Source: a virus
Taxonomy: Duplodnaviria; Caudoviricetes
Reading direction: 5' to 3' (one strand)
Virus record (IMG/VR): IMGVR_UViG_3300042402_005702
Coordinates: 1-56,841 of that record
Length of the DNA stretch: 56,841 nt
The position numbers were made by a program, and so were the translations under genes. Shown here one piece after another: positions 1-9,043 of the stretch. How positions within the stretch are numbered: position 1 is the stretch's first letter; each line of letters starts with the position of its first letter. Below the pieces are notes generated by a model. It was not told the DNA's origin. It ran no database searches and saw only the letters and a program-made list of their open reading frames with translations.

Positions 1-1632
1 GGCAAGCATGACCAGTCAACACACGGTCGTGGCGGCGGAGTCAGCGCGCCACGCGACAGTTCACGCGCGAAACAGAAACAGGCGTGGGACTTGTACCAGC
101 AGGGTAAAACGTGGGAAGAGGTCGCCAAAGAGGTCGGCTATGCGAATGGTGGAGCCGCCCGACTTGCAGGCAAGGCGCACGAGAAACGCATGAAAGGCAA
201 AGATGGAGACGACAAGCCGAAGTTGGACGATCCACCGAAACCGAAAGTGGATGCTGGTGGCGCGGAGGAAATTGCGCGCGCAAAAGACATCGTTGATGAA
301 GCCACCGGCGGTCTACCAGTCAAACAGGTGTTGACTTTGGAGCAGATGAAAGTCGCCACCAATGGTGAGCCTCCCACAGCAAAAGAACTCGAGGTCACCG
401 AAGCGGTCATTAAGGCTGGCGCAGTTTTGCGAGGCGAAGTTCAACGTCGCCGTGAGGTTGCTGGTGCAGAACCACTCAAGACTGCCAAGGCGGAGTTGGA
501 CGTTATTTTGCGAGACAAAGCATCCCATGACAAGGAAGTGACGAACATCAACGCTGAACGTTTAGTTTCCCGTAACGCGGTCACCAAGGAAATGATGAGA
601 AGCCCAGAGATGACGAGCGAACTAAATCGTCGTTTAGATGATGATTTTCAGGTGTCTCGCAATGCCAAAGTCAAAGGACTGGTTGAAAACAACCGCGACG
701 TCGTTCTTGAGGATTTGCGGGATTACGCGACACTTGACCGTGACCTTGCGGGGATGGTTGGTAACCGCGACGTTTGGCTGTCGGAGCGCGCTAAACAGCG
801 GTTCCCGAACGACTTCCAAACGCAAGAATCATATATATCTGTTTTGAGAGACTCTTCGTGGGCATCAGTGAGTGTGGAACGAAGCATGGATGGTACAGAC
901 ACACCATTGGGCAGGTTGATTGCTGTTGACAAAGGCGTGAAACAACGCCAAAACGATGCATACAAGATATCTCACGACTTCAATAGAGAAATTAATCAAC
1001 GCCAAAGGTTAATTCGTGATGGCGGTGTGACTCCTGAACAGGACGCTGAAATTATTCGTTCTGTCTTGCAGGATGCAGGACGCACAATGACTGACAAACC
1101 AAACCAGAGAATTTCTGGTACGAAACCAACGGTGGTTGAATTGCGAAGTGAACTCGTCAAAATCCCAGATGAATTGTGGAATGACCAACAGTTCACGGGA
1201 TTGAGGGTGAAAGCCACGACTAAAGGTCGAGGACATTTCAGCGCATCTGAACAAGAAATCAAAACAGATGGTGCGAAAGGGTCAGGTCGACGTGCGTCTA
1301 CTCTTTTGCACGAAGCAACACACGCAGTGGAAAGCATGAACCCTCAAATAACTCAATTGCAGTTCGTCATGTTGACTCGCCGTGCCAAAGGGCGTCAACC
1401 AGAGCCTTTACGCAAAGTCACACCGCGCAGTGGTTACCGTAAAGATGAAAAGACAATCAAGGACGAATTTTCAGAGCCGTACTCTGGAAAAGTCTATGGT
1501 TTCACTCGGCGCTCCAATTACGAAATCATGACGATGGGCATCGAGTCGCTCTACAAACGAGAAACATACCCATCAATAATTGCAGACGATGACCACCTGA
1601 ACTTTGTGATGGGAGTGTTGGCGTACGCATGA
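1..1632 (+). CDS. Head-associated polyprotein, 3' part: His tag + ANGG-HTH + helical region + C-terminal HExxH zincin metallopeptidase; true start probably ATG 56753 across the junction
   Basis: Frame is open from base 1 (GKHDQSTHGRGGG). HTH TWEEVAKEVGYANGGAAR. LLHEATH at about 1303-1323, followed by YSGKVY..YEIMTMGIE (third-ligand Glu pattern). Confidence 0.75.
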   Translation, partial: GKHDQSTHGRGGGVSAPRDSSRAKQKQAWDLYQQGKTWEEVAKEVGYANGGAARLAGKAHEKRMKGKDGDDKPKLDDPPKPKVDAGGAEEIARAKDIVDEATGGLPVKQVLTLEQMKVATNGEPPTAKELEVTEAVIKAGAVLRGEVQRRREVAGAEPLKTAKAELDVILRDKASHDKEVTNINAERLVSRNAVTKEMMRSPEMTSELNRRLDDDFQVSRNAKVKGLVENNRDVVLEDLRDYATLDRDLAGMVGNRDVWLSERAKQRFPNDFQTQESYISVLRDSSWASVSVERSMDGTDTPLGRLIAVDKGVKQRQNDAYKISHDFNREINQRQRLIRDGGVTPEQDAEIIRSVLQDAGRTMTDKPNQRISGTKPTVVELRSELVKIPDELWNDQQFTGLRVKATTKGRGHFSASEQEIKTDGAKGSGRRASTLLHEATHAVESMNPQITQLQFVMLTRRAKGRQPEPLRKVTPRSGYRKDEKTIKDEFSEPYSGKVYGFTRRSNYEIMTMGIESLYKRETYPSIIADDDHLNFVMGVLAYA

Positions 1633-1940
1633 AAATTGACGGTTATTCAGATGAACGTGAAGCGCACGTCGTTGAGGAAGACGATGCGTGGGTTCTGTAC
1701 CCAGACGAGTTTGCCATTTTCGCGTCAAACTACGAATTTCCCGACGAGGTTCCCGTTGCTATACCGGGCTTCGTTACTCCCGACATCAACTCCAAGGATC
1801 CGCTTGTTGTTGTGGCGACGTGGAAACAACTGATAGTTGATTACCTTCTGCTGGACGGTTCGCCGCCGTTTGATTTTGACATTCGCGGTGTTCCCGAAGT
1901 GGAAGCCGAAGCCGACGACAGCGAAGGCATCGTCTACTAG
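1629..1940 (+). CDS. Small acidic hypothetical protein
   Basis: ATGA overlap with the upstream gene; 103 aa, D/E-rich. Confidence 0.65.
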   Translation: MKIDGYSDEREAHVVEEDDAWVLYPDEFAIFASNYEFPDEVPVAIPGFVTPDINSKDPLVVVATWKQLIVDYLLLDGSPPFDFDIRGVPEVEAEADDSEGIVY

Positions 1941-1980
1941 GGGTTAGTAGCGTCGACTGCTTTGCTACGCTAACGGGACA

Positions 1981-3063
1981 ATGCCTGAGATGCCTTCCAC
2001 CGAAACAGAAGAAGCAGACGAGTACACGGTCTACAACGTCACCCTGCGTCAAAAGGTGATGTACGATATGAACGAACAAATCGTCGAGCGCCTTGGACGT
2101 TTTGACCGAGGCAACGGCGCTGACGGTGCGCACTACATGGACGGCGACGACAACCCTTTCGTCGCTGAAGGAATGAACTGCGCGAACTGTGTCGCGTTCC
2201 GAGGTGGACGCGCCTGCGAATGGGTCGAGGGTGACATTTCCCCAAACGGTCTGTGCAAACTGTGGATTATTCCCGAAGACCTGATGGCGCACCCTGTTGA
2301 CAAGGCATCTGGGGACTCGTTCACCCCGCCAGAGGCTGTCCAAGAGGAAGCGAAGCGCGCACTTAAGTGGATTTCCGAAGGGCACGCCGGTGACGGGTTC
2401 ACGGCGGTTGGCTCCGCGCGCGCGCGCGACTTGTCCAACGGGCGTGCGGTGTCCATCCAAACCCTGAAGCGGATGCGGTCTTATTTGGCTCGCCACGAGG
2501 TCGACAAGCAGGGCGAAGGTTGGAGTCCCGACCAGAAGGGGTACCCAAGTGCGGGTCGTGTCGCATGGGCGGCGTGGGGCGGTGACGCAGGGCGTGCGTG
2601 GGCGAACAGCGTGCTGACACGCGAAGATGCGATGCAGAAGGCGGTCACCCTTGATGTCATGGAGGAACAGCGCTTTACGTTGGCTCCTTGGTACATCCCG
2701 AACAAGTACGACGCCCACGACGAATGGACGGATCCAGAAGAGTTGCAGAAGGCGCTGTGGGATTACGTCAAGTCGGGCGACCGCGCCATCCGTCTGCAAC
2801 ACAATGTGGACGTTGTGGCGGGTGAGTGGGTTGAGGCAATGACGATGCCTTTCCCTGTGAACGTCCCGATGCGCAAATCCGATGGACGTGTTGAGAATGT
2901 TGAGTACCCAGCCGGGACAGTCTTTCTTGGGGTCAAGTGGGACGATTGGGCGTGGGACATGGTCAAGAAGGGCGAAATCACTGGTTATTCCATTGGTGGC
3001 TCCGCCGAGCGACTTGAGGTAGGGTTAGCCGACCCGACGACGACTGGAGACATCAATGAGTGA
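1981..3063 (+). CDS. Multidomain prohead protease: Cys4 HiPIP-like domain + conserved phage domain + XkdF-like (Peptidase S78_2) serine protease
   Basis: NCANC..C..C cluster. C-terminal YIPNKYDAHDEW..LQH..WVE..GEITGYSIGG is typical of XkdF-like proteases. Lies in the head cluster. Confidence 0.8.
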   Translation: MPEMPSTETEEADEYTVYNVTLRQKVMYDMNEQIVERLGRFDRGNGADGAHYMDGDDNPFVAEGMNCANCVAFRGGRACEWVEGDISPNGLCKLWIIPEDLMAHPVDKASGDSFTPPEAVQEEAKRALKWISEGHAGDGFTAVGSARARDLSNGRAVSIQTLKRMRSYLARHEVDKQGEGWSPDQKGYPSAGRVAWAAWGGDAGRAWANSVLTREDAMQKAVTLDVMEEQRFTLAPWYIPNKYDAHDEWTDPEELQKALWDYVKSGDRAIRLQHNVDVVAGEWVEAMTMPFPVNVPMRKSDGRVENVEYPAGTVFLGVKWDDWAWDMVKKGEITGYSIGGSAERLEVGLADPTTTGDINE

Positions 3064-3805
3064 AATCAAACCCGCCGACCGCATTGTTTTGGACGTTCTG
3101 CGCCAAACCACACTTGCGAAGATGAGCGATGCTGACTTCGCGAACCTTGAGGCTGAGGTAGCCAGCAAAGGACTGCGCAACGTTGACGGCTGGCTTGGCA
3201 CACAGATGCGCAAAGCAGTCGAGCAAGTGTTGAAGCACCCCGGTCACGCAGACCAGTCGGTGCATGGAGGCGCACGCCGTAAAGGTGGCGCACCATCGTC
3301 CGCACCCGCTTCGGCTGGTGGCGGCACGGGCGGAAAGTTTGAAGCCGAACCTGACGATGTCGGTTTGGGCAAGCCAAAGTTGGACGCGAACAGTCGCCGT
3401 AAAGAATCCGAAGCCGCTGACAAGGTTGGCTACGGAGCGAACCAAGCCGCCGAGAACATGGCGGATCACCACAACGACATGAAGCAAAGAATTTATGGTG
3501 AAGGTGGCGCGAAGAAAAGAATGACAGAAATCGACGAAGTTGAGTTGATGCAAATTTCTGACTCGCTTGGAGCCGTCGCCGAAAGCCTGACGATGATGTC
3601 CTCTCCAAAGATGGAAGGACAAAGCCGAGCAATAAACGCTTCGCGCCGACAGTTAAAGGAGATCCGTAGCGATGCGGTCAGCCAATTGAGTCCTGCGGTG
3701 CGCGGTATTGCTGTAAGGGCAATCGACAAGCACATCGAGGAAGTTGACGGTCTTGCGCGCATTCACCGTGAAGCATGGACAGGCGTCGGCGGAACTTTTG
3801 AATAG
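3056..3805 (+). CDS. Head-associated protein: conserved N-domain + KHPGHADQSVHG tag + helical payload
   Basis: Overlaps the protease stop with a GGAG RBS upstream. N-terminal region and tag are shared with the next gene. Confidence 0.75.
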   Translation: MSEIKPADRIVLDVLRQTTLAKMSDADFANLEAEVASKGLRNVDGWLGTQMRKAVEQVLKHPGHADQSVHGGARRKGGAPSSAPASAGGGTGGKFEAEPDDVGLGKPKLDANSRRKESEAADKVGYGANQAAENMADHHNDMKQRIYGEGGAKKRMTEIDEVELMQISDSLGAVAESLTMMSSPKMEGQSRAINASRRQLKEIRSDAVSQLSPAVRGIAVRAIDKHIEEVDGLARIHREAWTGVGGTFE

Positions 3806-4018
3806 GAGAAACACAATGAAAGATGCAGATAAGCAGTTGATGGACGGTTTGGGAATGGTCACCGACCTACCCCAAGACCAGTGGGCGCTCGTTGTTGCCG
3901 ACGTTGAGAAAGCGGGTGGTGTTCGCGCTGTCAGCGGGCAGGCACGAATTGAAATTGAACGTGCTGTTGAGAAGGCACGCACCCTTGTCCAGAAGCACCC
4001 CGGTCACGCAGACCAGTC
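3232..4018 (+). repeat. 27-bp exact direct repeat GAAGCACCCCGGTCACGCAGACCAGTC (3232-3258 and 3992-4018)
   Basis: Read directly; encodes the KHPGHADQS tag in both genes. Confidence 0.95.
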
Positions 4019-4529
4019 AGTTCACGGCGGAGGCAAGGGCAAAGGCGGAAAGGCTCCCGCGCCAGCATCGGAATCAAAACCTCGTAAACCTGCATATGGC
4101 ACATCACCAGTCAACGACAGAAACGAAGACGGATGGAGCAGAAGTGCAAGCGGAAATCTAATTAAGGATTCTGACAAGGCACTCGCCGACGTCACCGAAT
4201 CCCTCGCCGCCATTAAAAGAAACATGAGCATTGGACACACAGGGGAAACCAGAAGGCTTGCCCTCTCCGACCTTGACAAAGCAAAGTCATCTCTTGACAA
4301 GGCAAAACGAAACATTGACCTCGCCGCAAAGATGAACGGTCTAGACCGAGGCACAGTTCAGGTCAATATGCGTGCGGTTCGTGACCACTCCAACCGCGCC
4401 CGCAAAGAAGTCCAGAATGCATTCAAAGTAACGCGACGCGAGGGTTCTCCTCTACTCGCCAAATTTGATGAGGCGCTTGCGATGCTCGATATGTTCGTTG
4501 GCGAAGGCACCGACGGCGGTGTGTTCTAA
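3816..4529 (+). CDS. Paralogous head-associated protein with KHPGHADQSVHG tag and a different payload
   Basis: AGGAGA RBS before ATG 3816; same tag as 3056..3805. Confidence 0.75.
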   Translation: MKDADKQLMDGLGMVTDLPQDQWALVVADVEKAGGVRAVSGQARIEIERAVEKARTLVQKHPGHADQSVHGGGKGKGGKAPAPASESKPRKPAYGTSPVNDRNEDGWSRSASGNLIKDSDKALADVTESLAAIKRNMSIGHTGETRRLALSDLDKAKSSLDKAKRNIDLAAKMNGLDRGTVQVNMRAVRDHSNRARKEVQNAFKVTRREGSPLLAKFDEALAMLDMFVGEGTDGGVF

Positions 4530-4584
4530 CTAACCCGCAGTCAAGTTGTGTAGATGCACTAACGCGTCACTACACTCGTAACGC

Positions 4585-5340
4585 ATGGGTGCCAAGAAGA
4601 TGGTCAAGTTGAAGGTCGTAGAAACCTCCGGCGTAGACCATCCAGCGCACCTCAACGAAGGTTGGGTTGTCATGAAACATGAAAATCCAGAAACCACCAC
4701 TGAAGGAGCAGACGTGTCTGAAGAGACTGAAGCAGTAGAAACACCAGAGGCAGACATTCTTGCTGAATCGCTGGTAAAGGCGCAGGAGCGCATCGCTGAA
4801 CTTGAGGAAGCACTCGAGTTGGAAAAGGGCAAGAAGCCAAAGGTCGAGATTGAAATCGGCGCAGAGGACGAAGAGGACGAAGAGGACATGATGAAGTCAG
4901 TCCCAGAAGCCGTCCGCGAAATGTTGAACAAGGCAAAGGCTGACGCCGACGCTGTGCGCGCAGAACTCCGCAAGGAGCGCGAAGAGCGCCGTGACGCAGA
5001 GTTCGTAGCAAAAGCACGCGACCAGTGGTCATCACTCGCACTTGACACCGACGAAGTTGGCAAGGCAATGCGTCGCCTCACCGATGTTGACGCATCACTT
5101 GCAGAAACCATCGAGAAGGCGCTCAACTCCGCAAACGCTCAAGCCGAATCAGCAGACATTTTCGCTGAAATCGGAACAGCAGGTCGTCCAGACACTGGCG
5201 ATACCTACGGCAAGGTTCAAAGCCTCGCTAAGGCACTCGTCTCCGAGGGCAAGGCATCGACAGTCGAGCAGGCTGTTGTTGACCTCATCTCGGCAGACCC
5301 AACCCTCTATCACGAATACGTCGCCGAGAAGCGTCGTTAA
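4585..5340 (+). CDS. Capsid scaffolding protein with an N-terminal protease-like ETSGVDHPA segment
   Basis: Acidic coiled coil just upstream of the cement and capsid genes. TACACT -10 box at 4571-4576 suggests a leaderless start. Confidence 0.75.
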   Translation: MGAKKMVKLKVVETSGVDHPAHLNEGWVVMKHENPETTTEGADVSEETEAVETPEADILAESLVKAQERIAELEEALELEKGKKPKVEIEIGAEDEEDEEDMMKSVPEAVREMLNKAKADADAVRAELRKEREERRDAEFVAKARDQWSSLALDTDEVGKAMRRLTDVDASLAETIEKALNSANAQAESADIFAEIGTAGRPDTGDTYGKVQSLAKALVSEGKASTVEQAVVDLISADPTLYHEYVAEKRR

Positions 5341-5355
5341 GGAAGGAAAACAGTC

Positions 5356-5751
5356 ATGGCTTACGAAATCGCCAACTCCGCCGTCAAAATCACCCTCGTT
5401 GCGGGTGAAGACCTCTCCGCGAAGCAGTTCTACTTCGTGAAAATCAACTCATCTGGTCAGGCTGTCGCTTGCTCAGGTGCAACAGACAAGCCAATCGGCG
5501 TGTTGCAGAACGACCCAACTTCCGGCAAGGAAGCCATCGTTACCGTCGTTGGCGGCACCAAGGTCGTAGCAAGCGCATCAATTGATGAAGGCGCACTCAT
5601 CGGAACTGCCTCTTCGGGCAAGGCTGATGCGAAAACTCCGGGCACTGACACAACCGAATACGTTGTTGGTTCAGTAATCCTCGCCGCTGGCGCTGACGGA
5701 GAAATCCTGACCGCCGTTGTTAACTGCGCAAGCCCACACCGCGCTTCTTAA
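5356..5751 (+). CDS. Capsid cement/decoration protein (DUF2190-like)
   Basis: AGEDLS..FVK..G..PIGVLQN..G..A.V motif; lies before the major capsid gene. Confidence 0.75.
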   Translation: MAYEIANSAVKITLVAGEDLSAKQFYFVKINSSGQAVACSGATDKPIGVLQNDPTSGKEAIVTVVGGTKVVASASIDEGALIGTASSGKADAKTPGTDTTEYVVGSVILAAGADGEILTAVVNCASPHRAS

Positions 5752-5781
5752 TCGGAACTCAAGTAGAGAAGGAACAGAGCA

Positions 5782-6738
5782 ATGCCTCAGCCAACCAGCA
5801 ATCAAGTCCATGTTGACGCGATCCTGACAAACATCAGCGTCGCATATATGCAGAGACAAGAGAACTTCATCGCGTCTCGCGTATTCCCAATTGTCCCTGT
5901 TGAAAAGCAGTCCGACAAGTATTTCACCTACACCAAGAACGACTGGTTCCGCGACGAAGCACAGCGTCGTGCCGATGGAACCGAGTCTGCAGGTGGCGGA
6001 TACAACATCTCGACTGGCACCTACCAAGCGGACGTATATGCGTTCCACAAGGACATCGGTGACCAGACCCGCGCAAACGCAGACGCACCAATCAACGTCG
6101 ACCGTGAAGCCGCAGAGTTCGTAACCAGCCGTTTGATGCTGAAGATGGAGACAGAGTTCGTTTCCTCATTCTTCACCACCAGCGTTTGGGCAAACGAAGT
6201 CTCGCCATCAGGCAACGACGAGTGGAGCGACTACACAAACAGCGACCCACTTGACGACATCGAGTCTGCAAAGGCAACCATCCTGTCAACCACAGGTTTT
6301 GAGCCAAACACCCTCGTACTTGGTTACGACGTGTTCCGCGTTCTCAAGAACCACCCAGACCTCGTTGACCGCATCAAGTACACATCCAGCAACGTCATCA
6401 CCGCAGAGATGATGGCTCGTATGTTTGACGTCGACCGCGTTCTCGTGGCAAAGGCTGTCAAGGCAACGAACAACGAAGGTGGCACCGCCGGTTACGCATT
6501 CACACACGGCAAGCACGCCCTCTTGTGCTACTCGGCTCCATCGCCGGGCTTGCTCCAACCATCTGCTGGTTACGTCATGTCTTGGACAGGTGTTTCACAG
6601 GGACTCGGAGCAACCATCGGTTCCAGCCGTCTCCGCATGGACAGCCTCAAGGCTGACCGCATCGAGGCTGAAGTAGCGTTTGACATGAAGGTCATCGCTT
6701 CCGACCTCGGTTACTTCTGGAACGGCGTCGTCGCCTAA
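5782..6738 (+). CDS. Major capsid protein
   Basis: VDAILTNISVAY..FIASRVFPIVPV..P.DDI..PNTLVLG pattern; 318 aa; biased codon usage; gene position. Confidence 0.9.
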   Translation: MPQPTSNQVHVDAILTNISVAYMQRQENFIASRVFPIVPVEKQSDKYFTYTKNDWFRDEAQRRADGTESAGGGYNISTGTYQADVYAFHKDIGDQTRANADAPINVDREAAEFVTSRLMLKMETEFVSSFFTTSVWANEVSPSGNDEWSDYTNSDPLDDIESAKATILSTTGFEPNTLVLGYDVFRVLKNHPDLVDRIKYTSSNVITAEMMARMFDVDRVLVAKAVKATNNEGGTAGYAFTHGKHALLCYSAPSPGLLQPSAGYVMSWTGVSQGLGATIGSSRLRMDSLKADRIEAEVAFDMKVIASDLGYFWNGVVA

Positions 6739-6751
6739 TAACTCTGGACGA

Positions 6752-6784
6752 GGTGTCCCGCTCTACTAGGATGGGCGGGACACC
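6752..6784 (+). terminator. Stem-loop after the capsid gene (GGTGTCCCGC..GCGGGACACC)
   Basis: 10-bp inverted repeat, flanked on both sides by AACTCTGGAC; no U-tract. Confidence 0.6.
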
Positions 6785-6808
6785 AACTCTGGACAGAAGG
6801 AAAACATC

Positions 6809-7069
6809 ATGTTGCGTAAAGTTCTGAAGCGAATTCCAAAAGGACGCGGGGAGTACCTTGAGTCAGGCACGATCCACGATGTTTCGTCGTGGCGTAACGT
6901 GAAAATGCTGGAAGCAGGTCGCTACCTCGGCAAGTTGACCGATGAGGAGACAAAGGCATATCACGCCTCGCAAAAGCCCGCACCAGCGCCGAAGCCCGCA
7001 CCAACTGCCAAGAAGCCAAAGTCTGCACCTGTTGCGGACGCACCAATCGTTGAAGAGGAAGAATCGTGA
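6809..7069 (+). CDS. Small hypothetical virion-module protein
   Basis: GAAGGA RBS; P/K/A-rich tail. Confidence 0.65.
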   Translation: MLRKVLKRIPKGRGEYLESGTIHDVSSWRNVKMLEAGRYLGKLTDEETKAYHASQKPAPAPKPAPTAKKPKSAPVADAPIVEEEES

Positions 7070-7428
7070 GTATTTCCAACTACGCAGAAAACAAACTGCT
7101 CGACACCCTGAGCAACACGTCATTTGCGGTCGCTAACTCGTACGTCAAGTTGCATCTCGGCGATCCGGGCGAGGACGGCACAGCAAACGCCGCTACGGAG
7201 GCAACTCGTAAACTTGTCTCTTGGTCATCTGCATCAAGCGGGTCAAAGGCATCAAGCGCGACGCTTTCATGGACAAACGTGGCGGCTACAGAGGTTTACA
7301 CCCACTGGTCTTTGTGGGACAACTCGACTGCTGGCAACTGTCTGTGGAGCGGTTCTTTGTCTGCTTCCGCTTCGGTTACTGCTGGCGACACCTTTGAGAT
7401 TACTTCGCTGACGTTGTCACTCGACTAG
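7066..7428 (+). CDS. Structural (fibre-associated) protein
   Basis: SNYAENKLLD..LH.GDPG..WD..TAGN.L..G.L motif, common in phage structural modules. Confidence 0.7.
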   Translation: MSISNYAENKLLDTLSNTSFAVANSYVKLHLGDPGEDGTANAATEATRKLVSWSSASSGSKASSATLSWTNVAATEVYTHWSLWDNSTAGNCLWSGSLSASASVTAGDTFEITSLTLSLD

Positions 7429-7442
7429 GAAGGTAGGTCGTC

Positions 7443-7934
7443 ATGGCGACGAATTTTCCTGCCTCTCTCGACTCGTTAACGAACCCAATATCAACGGACA
7501 CTCTGGCTTCGCCAGACCACGCTGTTCAACATTCAAACGTCAATGACGCTGTTGAAGCACTGCAGGCAAAAGTAGGTATTGACGGTTCGGCTGATACAAC
7601 GAGCCTTGACTACAAAGTCGCAAAACGCCCCATTGTGACTAACGCTCAATCATCGTCGTACACTCTCGTTCTTTCCGATGCAGGCAAAATGGTGGAAGTT
7701 AGCAACGCATCTGCGAACACACTGACTGTCCCACCGAACTCAAGTGTTGCGTTCCCTGTCGGCACCATCATTGACATCCTTCAGACAGGGGCGGGACAAA
7801 CCACTATCACCGCAGGCTCAGGCGTGACTATAAACAGCGCCATCGGTCTGAAAATGCGCGCGCAATGGTCACCAGCATCTTTGATAAAACGTGCAACTGA
7901 CACATGGGTTGCACTCGGTGATTTGAGCGCCTGA
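7443..7934 (+). CDS. Fibre-like structural protein
   Basis: MATNFP.SLD..H..N DAVEAL and SYTLVLSDAGK..TVPPNSSVAFPVGT..WV..GDL modules. Confidence 0.75.
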   Translation: MATNFPASLDSLTNPISTDTLASPDHAVQHSNVNDAVEALQAKVGIDGSADTTSLDYKVAKRPIVTNAQSSSYTLVLSDAGKMVEVSNASANTLTVPPNSSVAFPVGTIIDILQTGAGQTTITAGSGVTINSAIGLKMRAQWSPASLIKRATDTWVALGDLSA

Positions 7935-9043
7935 TGATTGGCGTCGTAGCCGCGAGCGTTTTGCCTCGTCCAATTGTGACGTTGAATGCAACGACGAATT
8001 TCAATCAAAACCTAGCAACACTTAATTCAAGTGTGAACGGTCAAGGGCTAAGTACCTCAATCAGCGCCGAGTACAGTTCAAATGGCGGATCGACGTGGTC
8101 TAGCCCTGTGACAATGACTGGTTCGCCAGCGTACGGTTCAGTTTCGCCTTACGCGAATGTGACTGGTTTGTCTGTGGGGACGTCTTACATCGTGAGAATT
8201 ACAGCAACAAATGCCAAAGGGTCAACTGTTGTTCAAAACAGCAACGGCAACTTCACAACTTGGGTGTTAAAGACATATCTCAAAACCACTGCCGGATCGT
8301 TCTCCGTCGAGGTTCCATCGGTGACTCCAACGGGCGGTTCGCCAATCGCTCCTGTTATTTACGAAATGCTCGCCTACGGCGGTGGCGGCGCCGCAGGTCA
8401 TGGTGCTGGCGGTGGCGGTGGGTACCGACTGTTTTCTAGCCACACATCTTCCGCAACAGGCACTCAAAACGTCACTGGTTCGGTCGGCGCGGGCGGAACC
8501 AACCCAAGTCAGGTGCTTCCTGCGCCTTCGGGTGGCAACACAACAATCACGGTTGGCTCGACGACTTGGACTGCGGGTGGTGGCGGTGGCGGTAACAACT
8601 TTACGAGCGCCGCTGGGTCGTCTGGAACAGGAGACAATGTTTCGCGAGCAGGTGGAGTGGGCTACTACGGTTACACCTACGTTGCCGAATATGTCTTTGT
8701 TTGCACTGCGCAAGACAAGTACGGCATCTGCACCGATGGCTACACTGACTACAACCAGCCCATTTACGCCACTGACTACAATCGATATTCGGGCGGTGGC
8801 GGTGGCGGAACGGACACTGCAGGCTCTAACGCTGGTTATCCCGACTACGGCGGCGCTGGCGGTAATGGCGGCGGCGCTTACGGATTGAATGGCGGTAACG
8901 GCGGTGGCGGTGGCGGAACGTCGTCTACTGGTGCGAATGGAACAGTGGTTGCTGGTGGAGTTGCTGTCGGTAGAGGTGGGCAAGGCTTCTGGGGAAGCGG
9001 AACCGCTGGTGGCATTACGTTTAAGTATTATGGCGCGGCATGA
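7934..9043 (+). CDS. FN3-like + glycine-rich fibre/adhesin protein
   Basis: TGLSVGTSYIVRITATN (FN3 signature); many GGGGG runs. Confidence 0.75.
   Translation: MIGVVAASVLPRPIVTLNATTNFNQNLATLNSSVNGQGLSTSISAEYSSNGGSTWSSPVTMTGSPAYGSVSPYANVTGLSVGTSYIVRITATNAKGSTVVQNSNGNFTTWVLKTYLKTTAGSFSVEVPSVTPTGGSPIAPVIYEMLAYGGGGAAGHGAGGGGGYRLFSSHTSSATGTQNVTGSVGAGGTNPSQVLPAPSGGNTTITVGSTTWTAGGGGGGNNFTSAAGSSGTGDNVSRAGGVGYYGYTYVAEYVFVCTAQDKYGICTDGYTDYNQPIYATDYNRYSGGGGGGTDTAGSNAGYPDYGGAGGNGGGAYGLNGGNGGGGGGTSSTGANGTVVAGGVAVGRGGQGFWGSGTAGGITFKYYGAA

Noticed and set aside
2102-2115. TTGACCGAGGCAAC as a further operator
   Set aside because: Lies inside a gene, the right half-site is poor, and there is no promoter context.
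1786-2802. Long antisense and alternate-frame ORFs here and throughout (e.g. 10885..11700, 40740..41531)
   Set aside because: These are shadows of well-supported genes in GC-rich DNA and carry no motifs.
3232-4018. 27-bp repeat as a CRISPR repeat or DGR template/variable pair
   Set aside because: Only two in-frame coding copies, with no spacers, no adenine-specific mismatches and no Cas or reverse transcriptase gene seen.
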